A stretch of DNA of 64,000 nt, from assembly GCF_028641065.1 (NCBI RefSeq), contig NW_026575913.1, forward strand, positions 62,001 to 126,000. The letters run 5' to 3'. How positions within the stretch are numbered: the first letter of the stretch is position 1; every line of letters starts with the position of its first letter. Shown piece by piece: positions 50,246 through 61,002 of this stretch. Under the pieces are notes generated by a model that was given only the letters and a program-made list of their open reading frames with translations, did not search any database and was not told the DNA's origin. The translations under genes were made by a program, and so were the position numbers. The DNA comes from Leucoraja erinacea. Its lineage: Eukaryota.

Positions 50246-50890
50246 AAAACATTCCTCCACTTTGATGACCTCGAAAAGATCATCCACATTTATCTCCTCC
50301 CGCCTAGATTACTGCAACTCTTACACTGGCATCAGCCAATCTTCCCTGTCCCGCCTGCAACTGGTCCAAAACGCTGCAGCGAGACTCCTGACGGGCACCC
50401 GAAAAAGGGACCACATCACCCCGATCTGGCCTCTCTCCACTGGCTCCCTGTGTGGTTCTGTATACATTTCAAGACCCTCCTCTATGTCAACAAAGCTATC
50501 AATGGGCTTGCCCCCTCCTACATTAAAAGTCTTCTCACCCACCACTCCACCTCCAGGTCCCTCAGATCAGCCGACTTGGGCTGCTGAATATCCCGCGGTC
50601 TAGGCATAAGCTCAGGGGCGACCGCGCCTTTGTGGTTGCAGCTCCTAGACTGTGGAACAGCATCCCTCTTCCCATTAGAACTGCCCCCTCCATCGACTCC
50701 TTTAAGTCAAGACTAAAAACCTATCTATACTACCAAGCCTTTCCTGACGTCCACTAAGCGAGGGCTATATGTATATTTGTATGTAGTTTGTTTTTGTTTA
50801 TACTATTCTTATAACAAATGTAAAGCACTTTGGCCAACGAGATTTGTTTTTTAAATGTGCCAAATAAATAAATGTGACTTGATTTGACAC
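50245..50890 (+). mobile_element. L2 LINE 3' fragment
   Basis: FISSRLDYCNS, LQLVQNAAARLLTG and LHWLPV, with a 3' tail aataaataaatgtgacttgatttgac. Confidence 0.9.
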
Positions 50891-51233
50891 TTGACATGTA
50901 CTCCCCCAGTGCCTTGCTGTTAATCACATCATGAGGAAAGATTCATTTTTTTTATTTAAACATACCTTTCATGGATTTCAGTTTCACCACTGAGAACCCC
51001 AAATACTCCTTCCTTGTATATTAGTTATTTATTTATTTACTTTTGATACATTTTCTGTTGACAAAGTCTTCTGCTCATGTGGAGAGTGGGAGTCTGATTA
51101 CGTGATTGCTTAGAGCAACACCACGAAACAAAGACAGTTTACGCATCTTGGAACATGGGATGTAGTCACAATTATTAAAATGGAAACAACAGAAGATAAT
51201 GATTATCTATGAAAGAATATTTAACATTCTCAC

Positions 51234-51500
51234 CCCAGATGATAGTCTTCCCACCGGGCAGGCTGCTGTGATCAACATGACAGGAATACTGTTTCCCATC
51301 ATACGGATCATACACAAGGACAGACTTGAGATGATATGTTCCATCGTTGTTGGGTATGACCCCAGAAGATTTGGTCTCAAAGACATGGTGACCATTCTGC
51401 AACCAGCTGACATTGATGGCCGGTGGGTAAAATGCAAACACAGTGCAGTACAGGGTTGAATGATCATCAGTGCGGGCAGCGAGTGTGACCTCAGGTGAAA
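51234..51500 (-). CDS. MHC class I-like gene: alpha3 (Ig C1-set) exon
   Basis: Acceptor tcttgcag|TT TCA CCT GAG and donor TGG G|gtgaga; 267 nt, phase 1-1. Translation VSPEVTL...LYCTVFAFYPPAINVSWLQNG...PNNDGTYH...YSCHVDHSSL...IIW has the C1 hallmarks (C, FYP, W, DGTY, YxC, HSSL). Confidence 0.93.
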
Positions 51501-51539
51501 CTGCAAGACAGTGAGATGGTTATTTTCACCTTCAGTAAA

Positions 51540-52015
51540 ACTTGCACAGTCACCCACCTCAAACTATTCTTCAGTCTACTACAACAACCAGGTTACTGTC
51601 TACATCTGCCCCATTTTGTCTCTTTCGTCACCATCAACTAACCACGTGGTTTAAAAGGGATCGCACGCTCCCTGTTAAGATAGTACACAAGAGTTTGAAA
51701 GCTCGTACCATTAAATTCAGGAACAGCTTCTTCCCCACTTTATTTGGACTACTGAATGATTCTCATGTAAGATAAGGTGTTGTCCTGATCTTCCAACCAA
51801 TCTCATTGTGATCCTTGCAACTCATTTTGATCTGCACTATCTCTGTAACTGTAATGCTATGATATTGTAATTCTGCTCTCTGAATAGTTTTCTCTTTGCC
51901 CTGTTCTACTTGTGGATTGCTTGATTGCACATGTGTAGTATGATCTGATTGGATAACACAGACAAACTTTAGACTATATCTCAGTTCACGTAACAATAAT
52001 ATACTAATACCAACG
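51540..52015 (+). mobile_element. Rex1-like LINE 3' remnant
   Basis: KARTIKFRNSFFP motif followed by the family 3' UTR. Confidence 0.55.
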
Positions 52016-52769
52016 GCAAATCTTTTCACATCGGGCAAATAATTGACAAGTTACGAAATGAGGGTCAATTGGGGAGGGGACAAGCATAAAATTGACAATA
52101 TTTCACTCCTCGTCAATAAGAGATAAAAGGGGCCAGTCATTTGTTTACAAAATCTATTTTTGCAGAGTGTGGTCATTCTCTGGCACTCTTGACCCCAGAG
52201 ATTTGTGAAGACAAAATCATTGGAAGTATTTAATGTGGCAGTAGTTAAACTTTTGAAAGATTTGAGAATTTAGTTCAATGAGGAACTGACACCGAACAGG
52301 AGTTGATGCCTGAGGAACATCAGCCATGGTCATACTGAATGGTGGGCAGGTTTGAGGACCAAATGGCTTACTCGGAAACTTGATAATCAAGGAGAAAATC
52401 AGGCTTCTGAATGATCATTCCATAAGCTAGGGTTCTGTCCAATTGACCACTACCCCATTGCAGACAGTGGACTTTGTTTATGGAACTATGTAGGAAGTAA
52501 CTGTAGATGCTGGTTTAAACCGCAGATAGACACAACATGCTAGAGTAACTCAACGTGTCAGGCAGCATCTCTGGAGAGAAGGAATGTGTCACGTTTCATG
52601 TCAAAACCCTTCTCTAATGGGCTGCATTGCTGAGAACTATATGCTGCACTCTGTAACTTCCCTTTTGCTCTACCTACAGTACCTGAGTTTGACTTGATTA
52701 TATATATGTATGTTGTTATCTCATCCAATTGGATAGCATGCAAAACAAAGTGTTACACTGTAGCTCAGT

Positions 52770-53062
52770 ACATGGGCAGCACAGTAGCGCAGCGGGAAAG
52801 TTGCTGCCTTACAGTACCACAGACCCAAGTTCAATCTTGACAATGGGTGCTGTCTATATTGAGTTCACACATTCTACCTGTGACCATGTGAGTTATCTCC
52901 GGCTGCTCCACTTCCGTCACATTCAAAGACGCCCAGGTTTGTACATTTTTTGGCTTCATTGTCCCTAGTGTGTAGGATAGAACTAATGTTTGGGTGGTCG
53001 TTAGTCAGCACAGATTCAGTGGGCCAAAAGGCCTGTTTCCATGCTGTACCTCTAAACTAAAG
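52770..53062 (+). mobile_element. tRNA-derived SINE (HE1-like)
   Basis: Head ggcagcacagtagcgcagcgg..ttgctgccttacag, core, and tail ggcctgtttccatgctgtacctctaaactaa. Confidence 0.8.
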
Positions 53063-53987
53063 GTGACAATAATAAATCTACACTTTACCCTGTGCCTATC
53101 TGTAGATTAGTGTCACTCATACTGTGGTTCCGCCCACATGCTTATTAGAGCGCTCTCTCTCTCTCTCTGTCTCTCTCTCTCTGGTAGACTGAGAAGAAAG
53201 CACCTTGTGTTTCTCTGCATAGTTACTAATAATAGACTATGGATTCTACCCACTATGTGTGAGTTTGGTCATTCTTCCAACACTATCTCTTGTGTTGTTA
53301 TGTCTCTGGAACTAAGTGGTAGCTGCGCTTAACTGTTGTAGCATAACTGTTTATGTTGAACAATTCATGAAAAAAGTCTAAAAAGGATAAAAAAACAAGT
53401 GATTCCAGAATGTTGTAAGATAATTGGGGCTGATACGTAATGGGGTGGCACTGCGGCACAGTTCCAGTGACGAGGGTTTGATCGCAATCTTGAAAGAAAA
53501 ACTTAAACTGAGGCAGGCTCCTCTACTTCATCAATCCAGTTATGACACTCAAGTCAAGTCAAATCACATTTATTTATATAGCACATATAAAACCAACTCT
53601 TGTTGGCCAAAGTGCTTCACATTTGTTATAAGAATAGTATAAACAAACAAACTACATACATCTTATATATTACTAAAAGTCTGATCTTGACCGCTTTTGA
53701 CCCACTGTGCTGCGATTCTCTGAGAGAACGCCGCAACCTACGCCCGTCATTTATGGCCACCTCGCCTTCTAGGAGCAGAGGATTTTTCCCATCGATGAAA
53801 AATGGGAGAGATATTAATGTTTTTACAAAATTCTCCATTCTCTCTGCTGCCCCTGCTGGCGGCAGGTGGAGGGACTATAAAACCCGGAAGTGTCGCACCT
53901 CACTCTGTGTCTGCCACACCCAGGATGGCAGAGGGTCACGGCTCTCTGAGCTGCGAATCTACCCCACGGTGAGTCCCCACGATGTGC

Positions 53988-54775
53988 TTTTCAGCAAACG
54001 GATGTGTTTTTAGCGGCTTGCTTGCTTGCTCAGTGTTTTTTTTACCTAATTGCTGGGCATTTTTTATATTGCTTTTCAGCCAACGGATGTGTTATTTGTC
54101 GGCTTGCTTGCTTGCTCAGTCTTTTTTTTCCCCAATTGCTTGGCATTTTTTAAATTGCTCTTCAGCGAACGGATGTGTTTTTTGTCGGCTTGCTTGCTTG
54201 CTCAGTCTTTTTTGCCCCCAATTGCTTGGATTTTTTAAAATTACTTTTCAGCGAGGGGATGTGTTTTTGGTCGGGTTGCTTGCTTGCTTGCTCAGTGTAT
54301 TTTTTCACCAATTGCCTGGCATTTTATAAATTGCTTTTCAGCGAACGGATGTGTTTTTTGTCGATTTGCTTGCTTGCTCAGTGTTTTTTTTCCCCAATTC
54401 CTTCGCATTTTTTTAATTGCTTTTCAGCGACGGATGAGTTTTTTGTTGGCTTGCCTGTTTGCTCAGTTTTTTTTTCCGTGGGGGGAGGGACTATAAAACC
54501 TGGAAGTGCCGTGCCTCACTCAGTCTCTGCCAGACATAGGAAGCGAGAGGGTCACGGCTCTCTGAGCTGCGAAGCACATCTACACGGTGAGTCCCCTCGA
54601 TGTACTTTTCAGCGAACGGATGTGTTTTTGTCGTCTTGCTTGCTTGCTCAGTGTTTTTTTTCCCGCAATTGCTTGGCATTTTTTAAATTGCTTTTCAGCG
54701 AGTGGATGTGGTCTTTGTCGGCTTGCCTGATTGCTCAGTGTTTTTTTCCCCCAATTGCTTGGCTTTTTAAAGGGC
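53988..54775 (+). repeat. ~86-bp minisatellite (about 6 + 2 units) inside the Helitron-like element
   Basis: Unit ttttcagcgaacggatgtg..gtcggcttgcttgcttgctcagt..cccaattgcttggcatttt..aaattgc; the cagc anchor falls at 53992, 54077, 54163, 54249, 54339, 54425, 54610 and 54696. Confidence 0.92.
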
Positions 54776-55175
54776 TTGCGTACAACAGTTTTCGGATGGA
54801 TAAAGTGAATAAACATTGTATTAGATCAGAACTGTGTTTAATTTCAAAATTGGCACGTATTCTTTGATTTTCGCTAGGTTGCAAGATGGCATAATTTCCA
54901 GTTAGCGGCATGTTGGCGATTAGTGCATAATTTCCGCTTCGTGGCGAGCAGCGAGAGTGTGACGTCAAGATGGCGGCAAGTGCAGGTGCTGTTAAATAAT
55001 TCATTAATTTACTGCTCTGTCTATGGTGAGTGTGTTTGTTTGACGCTATTAAAAGCATGATTTTGCTTCAGCAGCAGCCTCCACAGCAGGCTTTAAAGAT
55101 TTGTTTTACACACTGTATATTCAACACGTTCTGAATGTACTTGTCATTTTAGAATTGGAGTTTGTGTGTATTAAT

Positions 55176-55439
55176 NNNNNNNNNNNNNNNNNNNNNNNNN
55201 NNNNNNNNNNNNNNNNNNNNNNNNNNNNNNNNNNNNNNNNNNNNNNNNNNNNNNNNNNNNNNNNNNNNNNNNNNNNNNNNNNNNNNNNNNNNNNNNNNNN
55301 NNNNNNNNNNNNNNNNNNNNNNNNNNNNNNNNNNNNNNNNNNNNNNNNNNNNNNNNNNNNNNNNNNNNNNNNNNNNNNNNNNNNNNNNNNNNNNNNNNNN
55401 NNNNNNNNNNNNNNNNNNNNNNNNNNNNNNNNNNNNNNN
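55176..55439. other. Assembly gap (264 N) adjacent to TG-rich repeats
   Basis: Run of N. Confidence 1.
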
Positions 55440-56129
55440 ATGTGTGTGTGAATGAGTCTGTGTGTGTGTGTGAATGAGTCTGTGTGTGCGTGTGATCAAC
55501 AAATAGCACAGATAATATAGTCTTTCATAGTTCAGAGCTTATTTGTTATGTTCAATAGCTTGATGGCTGTCAGGAAGAAGCTTTTCTTCAATGTAGATGT
55601 TACAGTTTTCAGTTTACAAAAGTCAGTCGTGACTCCAGAAGTCGGGCATCAGTCAGTCCACAAGCCGTGAGAGTCAGTCAGTCCAAAGGCCATGAGTTCA
55701 TCCCAAGGCAGTGAGTGAGTCCAGAGGTCATGAGTAAGTCGTTCACTGCCCACCCCCCCCCCCCTCTCCACTGACACCCCCCACCTCAAGACTCTGCCCT
55801 CCGCCTGGCTATAGGATGCGCACTCCCCTGCACCCTACTGAAGCCGCCCACATCCCCTGCTGGGTCACCTAGCTGTACTGCCAGGCCTCAGTGACTGAGC
55901 TGCCAGCCCAAGAATCCATCCGGCCCACAATGTCAATACTAGCCCTCTGGTAACCAGTCACATCAGCGCACCACCCCCATAATTGTGCTTCAGAAAGCCC
56001 CACCCCCCACTGACACTGGCGAGCAATATTGGAATTGGTGGAGAGGTGGAATATTGCATTGGGTGACCAGCCCTCCCGTGTGATGCTGGGACCCAATGAG
56101 TCCCACTTAGTCTAGTATATGCATATAGC

Positions 56130-57330
56130 CCTCGCCTAGTGGACGTCAGGAAAGGCTTGGGAGTATAGATAAGATTTTAGTCTTGACTTAAAGGAGTCGA
56201 TGGAGGGGGCAGTTCTGATGGGAAGGGGGATGCTGTTCCACAGCTAGGAGCTGCAACCGCAAAGGTGCGGTCGCCCCTAAGCTTATGCCAAGACCCGGGG
56301 CAGGGCCTTACATCGCCCGACGTGGCTTTAAATGGTTGCAGACTTGCTAGCGCCCACTGGAGGCTTTGACCTTGGGAGAGGAATGGAGAGCAGGAGAGAG
56401 ACAAGACTTTGCCTTCCATCACATTGAGGAGGAGATTCACTGTGACGGATTTTGTGTAAATTGTGTTGGTGTGTGCCTTGGTTCTTTTCTTGTATGGCTG
56501 CAGAAACCAAATTTCATTTGAACTTCATGTGAGGTTCAAATGACAAATAAACGGTATTGTATTGTGTTGTATTGTATTGTATATTCAGCAGTCCCAAGTC
56601 GGCCGATCTGACGGACCTGGAGGTGGAGTGGTGAGCGAGAAGACTTTTAATGTAGGAGGGAGCAAGCCCATTGCGGGCTTTGTAGACATAGAGGAGGGTC
56701 TTGAAATGTATACGGAACCGCACAGGGAGCCAGTGGAGAGAGGCCAGGATCGGGGTGATGTGGTCCCTTTTTCGGAGGCGGGACAGGGAAGATTGGCTGA
56801 TGCCAGTGTAAAGAGAGTTGCAGTAATCTAGGCGGGAGGAGATAAATGTGTGGATGATCTTTTCGAGGTCATCAAAGTGGAGGAATTGTTTTATTTTAGC
56901 TATCGTCCGAAGCTGGAATAAGCTAGCTTTTACCACGGCATTGACTTGTTTGTCAAATTTCAATGCGGAGTCAAATATCACGCCAAGGTTTTTGACGTGA
57001 GGTTAGAGTAGTGGGGTAAGGCTTCCAAGGCTACCTACTATCATTTTGATTTAGTCCGAGGGGCCGAGAAGGATGACCTCAGACTTACTCTCATTTAGTT
57101 GGAGGAAGTTCTGGGCCACCCAGCACTTTTTATCCTCGAGGCAGCGGGTAAGGTTAAGCAGATTTGATTGGTTTTTGGCTTCAGGGGGAGATAGAGTTGT
57201 GTATCGTCTGCGTAGCAATGGAAGGAAATGCCGTGCCTTTGAATAACTTGGCCTAAGGGGAGAATATACAGGGAAAAGAGAATGGGGCCAAGGATGAAAC
57301 CTTGTAGAACCCCACAGCAGAAACTAGCTG
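56130..57330 (-). mobile_element. L2 LINE fragment (same family as 50245-50890, inverted), with a ~280-bp LINE-tail insertion at ~56301-56580
   Basis: ORFs 57095-57439 and 56514-56981 give [21 protein letters not shown] and FISSRLDYCNS. Confidence 0.9.
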
Positions 57331-58544
57331 GGCCTGAACATGAGAAAATGAGAAATTGGGTATTTCCTTGGGGCAAAATCAGACTTTTCAGAGACTTGGA
57401 AGCTGCAAGACAGTCCTGGAATATGGTGGATCTCTGCAAGCTGTTCCAGAAGAGGATGTATTGTACTTATGTACAGTGTGACTTGACTGGAGAGAATGCA
57501 GAACAACCATTTCACTGCAGATAGACACAAAAAGCTGAAGTGACACAGCGGGACGGGCAGCATCTCTGGAGAGAAGGGATGGGGTGTCCAGTATCTGCTG
57601 TTACATCCAAACCATTTCACTGCGTCTCTGCATGCACAAAACAGTTATATAAAATGCAGCACATACTGCAGTACTCATGTATGTCAGGCTGTCGTGATTT
57701 TGCAGGTGGATAACTTAACTGTAATTTTTTTTTAAAACACAAAAAATCATGTAGGTGTAACTCAGTGGCTTTGGCAGCATCTGGAAGACATGGTTACGTA
57801 ATGTTTCAGCTTGGGATCCTGCTTCATACTTCTTGCATCTGTTCTTTCTGACTTAACACTTGAAATGACCAGTTCATTTATCGACCGGGAATGCAACTTG
57901 TTGAATGTGAAATTGAGTTTGAAAGGCTGCAACATGTCCAGACAGAAGCTGATTTGTTGCTCCTCAAGGTTACTTTCACCCTTGTTATTATAGTGTAAGA
58001 GATACAGATGGATGGATCATGGTGGGGGTCGAATTGAGAATTAAAGTGGCAGGAATTAGGAATTTTAGAAATTCCCATGGATTGAATGCAGGTTCTCCAG
58101 AAAACAGCCACTCACTTTGTTTCATTGATGCAATGTGGAAGATTACATCATGAAAACCAAGTGCAGTAGATTTGAATGGAAGTGCAAGTGTTTCACGCTG
58201 TTTAGCTTTGAAGAAGTACCTGGGTCTATGGACAGTGGGAAGGGAAGAGGTAAATGGATAGATGTTGCATGCACCAAGACAGGAAAGTAGAGGAAAGTAG
58301 TGGGGATAGTAGACAGACCAGGGAGTGAAAAGGGAATGACTAGTTCAAAATATAGAATGGGGAGCAGAGCAGGAGGGGAGGGAGAAATGGATTGACTAAT
58401 TGAATCAGATTTAAACTGGGATGAAGTACTCAACATGGAGGCTGGAAGAGTGGAAAAACGTATCCCTGCCCGGTCCAATGAGAATATATAGAACATAGAC
58501 CAGTACAGCACAAGAACAGGACTTTCAGCCAGGTTAAACTAAGG

Positions 58545-58838
58545 CAACACATTGGCACAGTGATAGAGTGGATGTCTAACAGCATTATAGATCCGGGTAC
58601 GATCCTGACTAGAGTGCTGTCTGGACGGAGTTTTTACGTTCTCTCTCTGTCACTCTGTGGGTTTTCTCTGGGGGCTCCGGTTTCCTCCCAAATACAAAAG
58701 ACATGCAGGTTAATTGGCTTCTGTAAATTGTCCCTAGCTTGTAGGACGGAAATAGTGAATGGGCAATTGCTGGTCAGTGCAGACTCAGTGGCCCAAAGGT
58801 CCTGTTTCCATACTCTATCTCTAAACTAAACCAAAACT
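58545..58838 (+). mobile_element. tRNA-derived SINE (HE1-like)
   Basis: Head cacattggcacagtgatagag, B-box-like ggtacgatcc, and tail tctctaaactaaac. Confidence 0.7.
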
Positions 58839-59164
58839 AATCTCCACAGCCTGCATGTGGTCCATATCATTGTATTTGCTGCATATCCACAAGCCTGTCC
58901 AAAACTTTCTTAAGCACCAGTATCATGTCCCTCTCTACCACCACTCCTGGTTGCACATTCTAAGTATCAAGCACACTGTGCAAAAAAACACTTGATGCGC
59001 ACATCTCGTGTAAATGTTGCCCTTCGAAGCTTAACGCAGTGCTCTATAGATCTGTGTGATAGACATGCAATCCCATTAGGGGCTGTCAACTGTGGTCAAG
59101 TAAGTCCATGGTTAACTAATATGAAAGACATCAATGACACTTTCTCCCTGTCAGACAGGGATGA

Positions 59165-59735
59165 GGTGCCGGTCAAGCCACATTTGGAGCATTGTGAGCA
59201 ATTGTGGGCACCATATCTGAGGAAGGATGTGCTGGCCCTGGAGAGGGTCCAGAGGAGGTGTACAAGAATGATCCCAGGAATGAGTGGGTTAACATATGAT
59301 GAGCATTTGATGGTAGTGGACATGTACTCGCTGGAGTTTAGAAGAATAAGGGTGAACCTCATTGAATCATACCAAATGGTGAAAAGGTTTGGATAGAGTG
59401 GATGTGGAGAGGATGTTTCCAATGGTGGGATAGTCTACGACTAGACGTCACAGTCTCAATATTAAAGGACAATCCTTGAGGAAGGAGTTAATGAGGAATT
59501 AATTTTGTTTGAGGGTGGTGAGTCTGTGGAATTATTTGCCACAGAAGGCTTTATAGTCTATCAATGGATATTTCTAAGGCATAGAAAGATTCTTGATTAG
59601 TATGCACGTCAGGGGTTATGGGGAGAAGGCAAGAGAATGGGGTTAGGAGGGAGAGATAGATCAGCCACGATTGAATGGCGAAGTAGACTTGATGGGCCGA
59701 ATGTTCTAATACTGCACCCATCACTAGTGACCTTA
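59165..59735 (+). mobile_element. CR1 3' fragment, older
   Basis: KPHLEHCEQLWAPYLRKDV...LEFRR followed by the 3' UTR. Confidence 0.8.
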
Positions 59736-60048
59736 TGACTCAGTTGGCTTCCTCCATGTGCTCCAGTTTCATCCCATATACCAAAGACGTGCCAGTGAAT
59801 TAGTTGGACATTGCAAATTATCCGTAGTGGAGCTGAATGAAAGGAGAATCCGAGGGAGCAGAGTGCAAGGTGTGAGAGAGAGCTGTGGAGCAGTTTGTCG
59901 ACATTTCATTGAAAATTAGCATCGACTCAATGGGCCGAATTACCTTTCACTCTGTCATGATTGGGTCAGAGATAATATTACTCATTGCCTCAGAGTGATA
60001 TATTACTCATTGCTTACCATCGCAAAACAACACTTTTTCAGAACTCAC

Positions 60049-60324
60049 CTTTTCTGGTCAGGTATGTCTTTCCAATTGCATAGTATGTACGCCAATAATC
60101 CACACAGTCATGTTCTAACAAGCTCTTGAAATAACGGTTCATTTTTTCATTCTTGTCCCATTTCTCTTTGAAGGGTTCAGCTATTGGATCATGCACCGTC
60201 CACTTTAGTTTGTCCTTGTCGAAACTAAATGCATATCTTCCGTCAAAAGCCAACTTCAATATCCCTACATTGGGACTGTGATCGTTCACCTGACAACCAA
60301 ACTGACCTTGAGTATAGTGATATT
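60049..60324 (-). CDS. MHC class I-like gene: alpha2 domain exon
   Basis: Acceptor ttctttcag|AA TAT CAC and donor AAA G|gtgagt; 276 nt (the canonical class I alpha2 exon size), phase 1-1. It has HxxQxxFGC, AFDG, W133, KW147, C101-C164 pair, Y171 and G175, and joins alpha3 as LTRK-V-SPEV. Confidence 0.93.
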
Positions 60325-60479
60325 CTGAAAGAAAAACAAAATCATTATTTGATTTATTGTTAAGACTGGGTAATTTCTGATCTCCAGGGTCCAAGTCATT
60401 TCTATATGTCACAAGTAGCAAGGGTCACAGCACAGGTCCCTGCAGAACTCTACTTGTCACTGAACTACAGCCTGAATAT

Positions 60480-61002
60480 TTGACCTTCCGTGCAACTGTA
60501 GAGACCATATTATTGTACGGGTGTGAGGCATGGACTCTCACTCCAGCACTGTCCAAGTCTCTCGATGGTACCTACACCCGAATGCTCAGAAAAACTCAAA
60601 TTGACAGTTGCAGGCACGGCAAGGCAAGGCAAGTTTATTTGTATAGCACCTTTCAACAAGGTAATTCAAAGTGCTTTACATAAAACATTAAAACCACATC
60701 ATCAACTCTATGGCGAGACTCCACCTCTGACCGAGAAGATCACGTTGAGAAGGATGATGTGGTTCCGCCACCTTGAAATGGCAGTAAAAAAGGTTGTGCT
60801 GTGGGAACCCACCCATGGAAGACTTGACCCAGGACGGCCAATCAAGATGATGTTTGATGGAAGACGCATGTGTATAGTAGATAAGAGGAGCTTGCCAGCT
60901 GCATGGAGGACAGAGGAGGGATGTGACCTTCACCATGCCGGTTGTAAACCAGCACCACTGCCTCACTAATGTTTTCAACAATTATTATTATTATTATTAT
61001 TA
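60480..61002 (+). mobile_element. RTE-clade LINE fragment with (ATT)n tail, interrupted by a short L2-type tail (~60610-60690)
   Basis: FRATVETILLYGCEAWTL..LDGTYTRMLR and LWEPTHG...GRP are RTE ORF C-terminal motifs. Confidence 0.7.

Larger units (their letters stand above)
53661..56115 (+). mobile_element. Helitron-like non-autonomous element(s): 5' TC end at 53661, 3' hairpin plus CTAG at 56087-56115
   Basis: 5' end A|TCTTATATATTACT; 3' end TGGGAC-ccaatga-GTCCCA, 6 nt, then CTAG|T. A gap and other repeats lie between the two ends, so they may belong to separate copies. Confidence 0.6.

Noticed and set aside
50966-50990. 24-nt minus-strand mini-exon (ctcag|TGGTGAAACTGAAATCCATGAAAG|gtatgt) after alpha3
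   Set aside because: It is phase-compatible but unnecessary, since alpha3 joins the TM exon cleanly, and nothing else supports it.
53988-54775. CRISPR-like regularly spaced repeats
   Set aside because: The units are contiguous tandem copies without unique spacers, and the context is eukaryotic.
53982-54867. Long hydrophobic ORFs (up to 230 aa) resembling membrane proteins
   Set aside because: They are translations of the T-rich 86-bp minisatellite.
60325-60421. Upstream part of ORF 60038-60421 (MLLVTYRNDL...) as coding
   Set aside because: It lies upstream of the alpha2 acceptor and does not resemble alpha1, so it is intron read-through.
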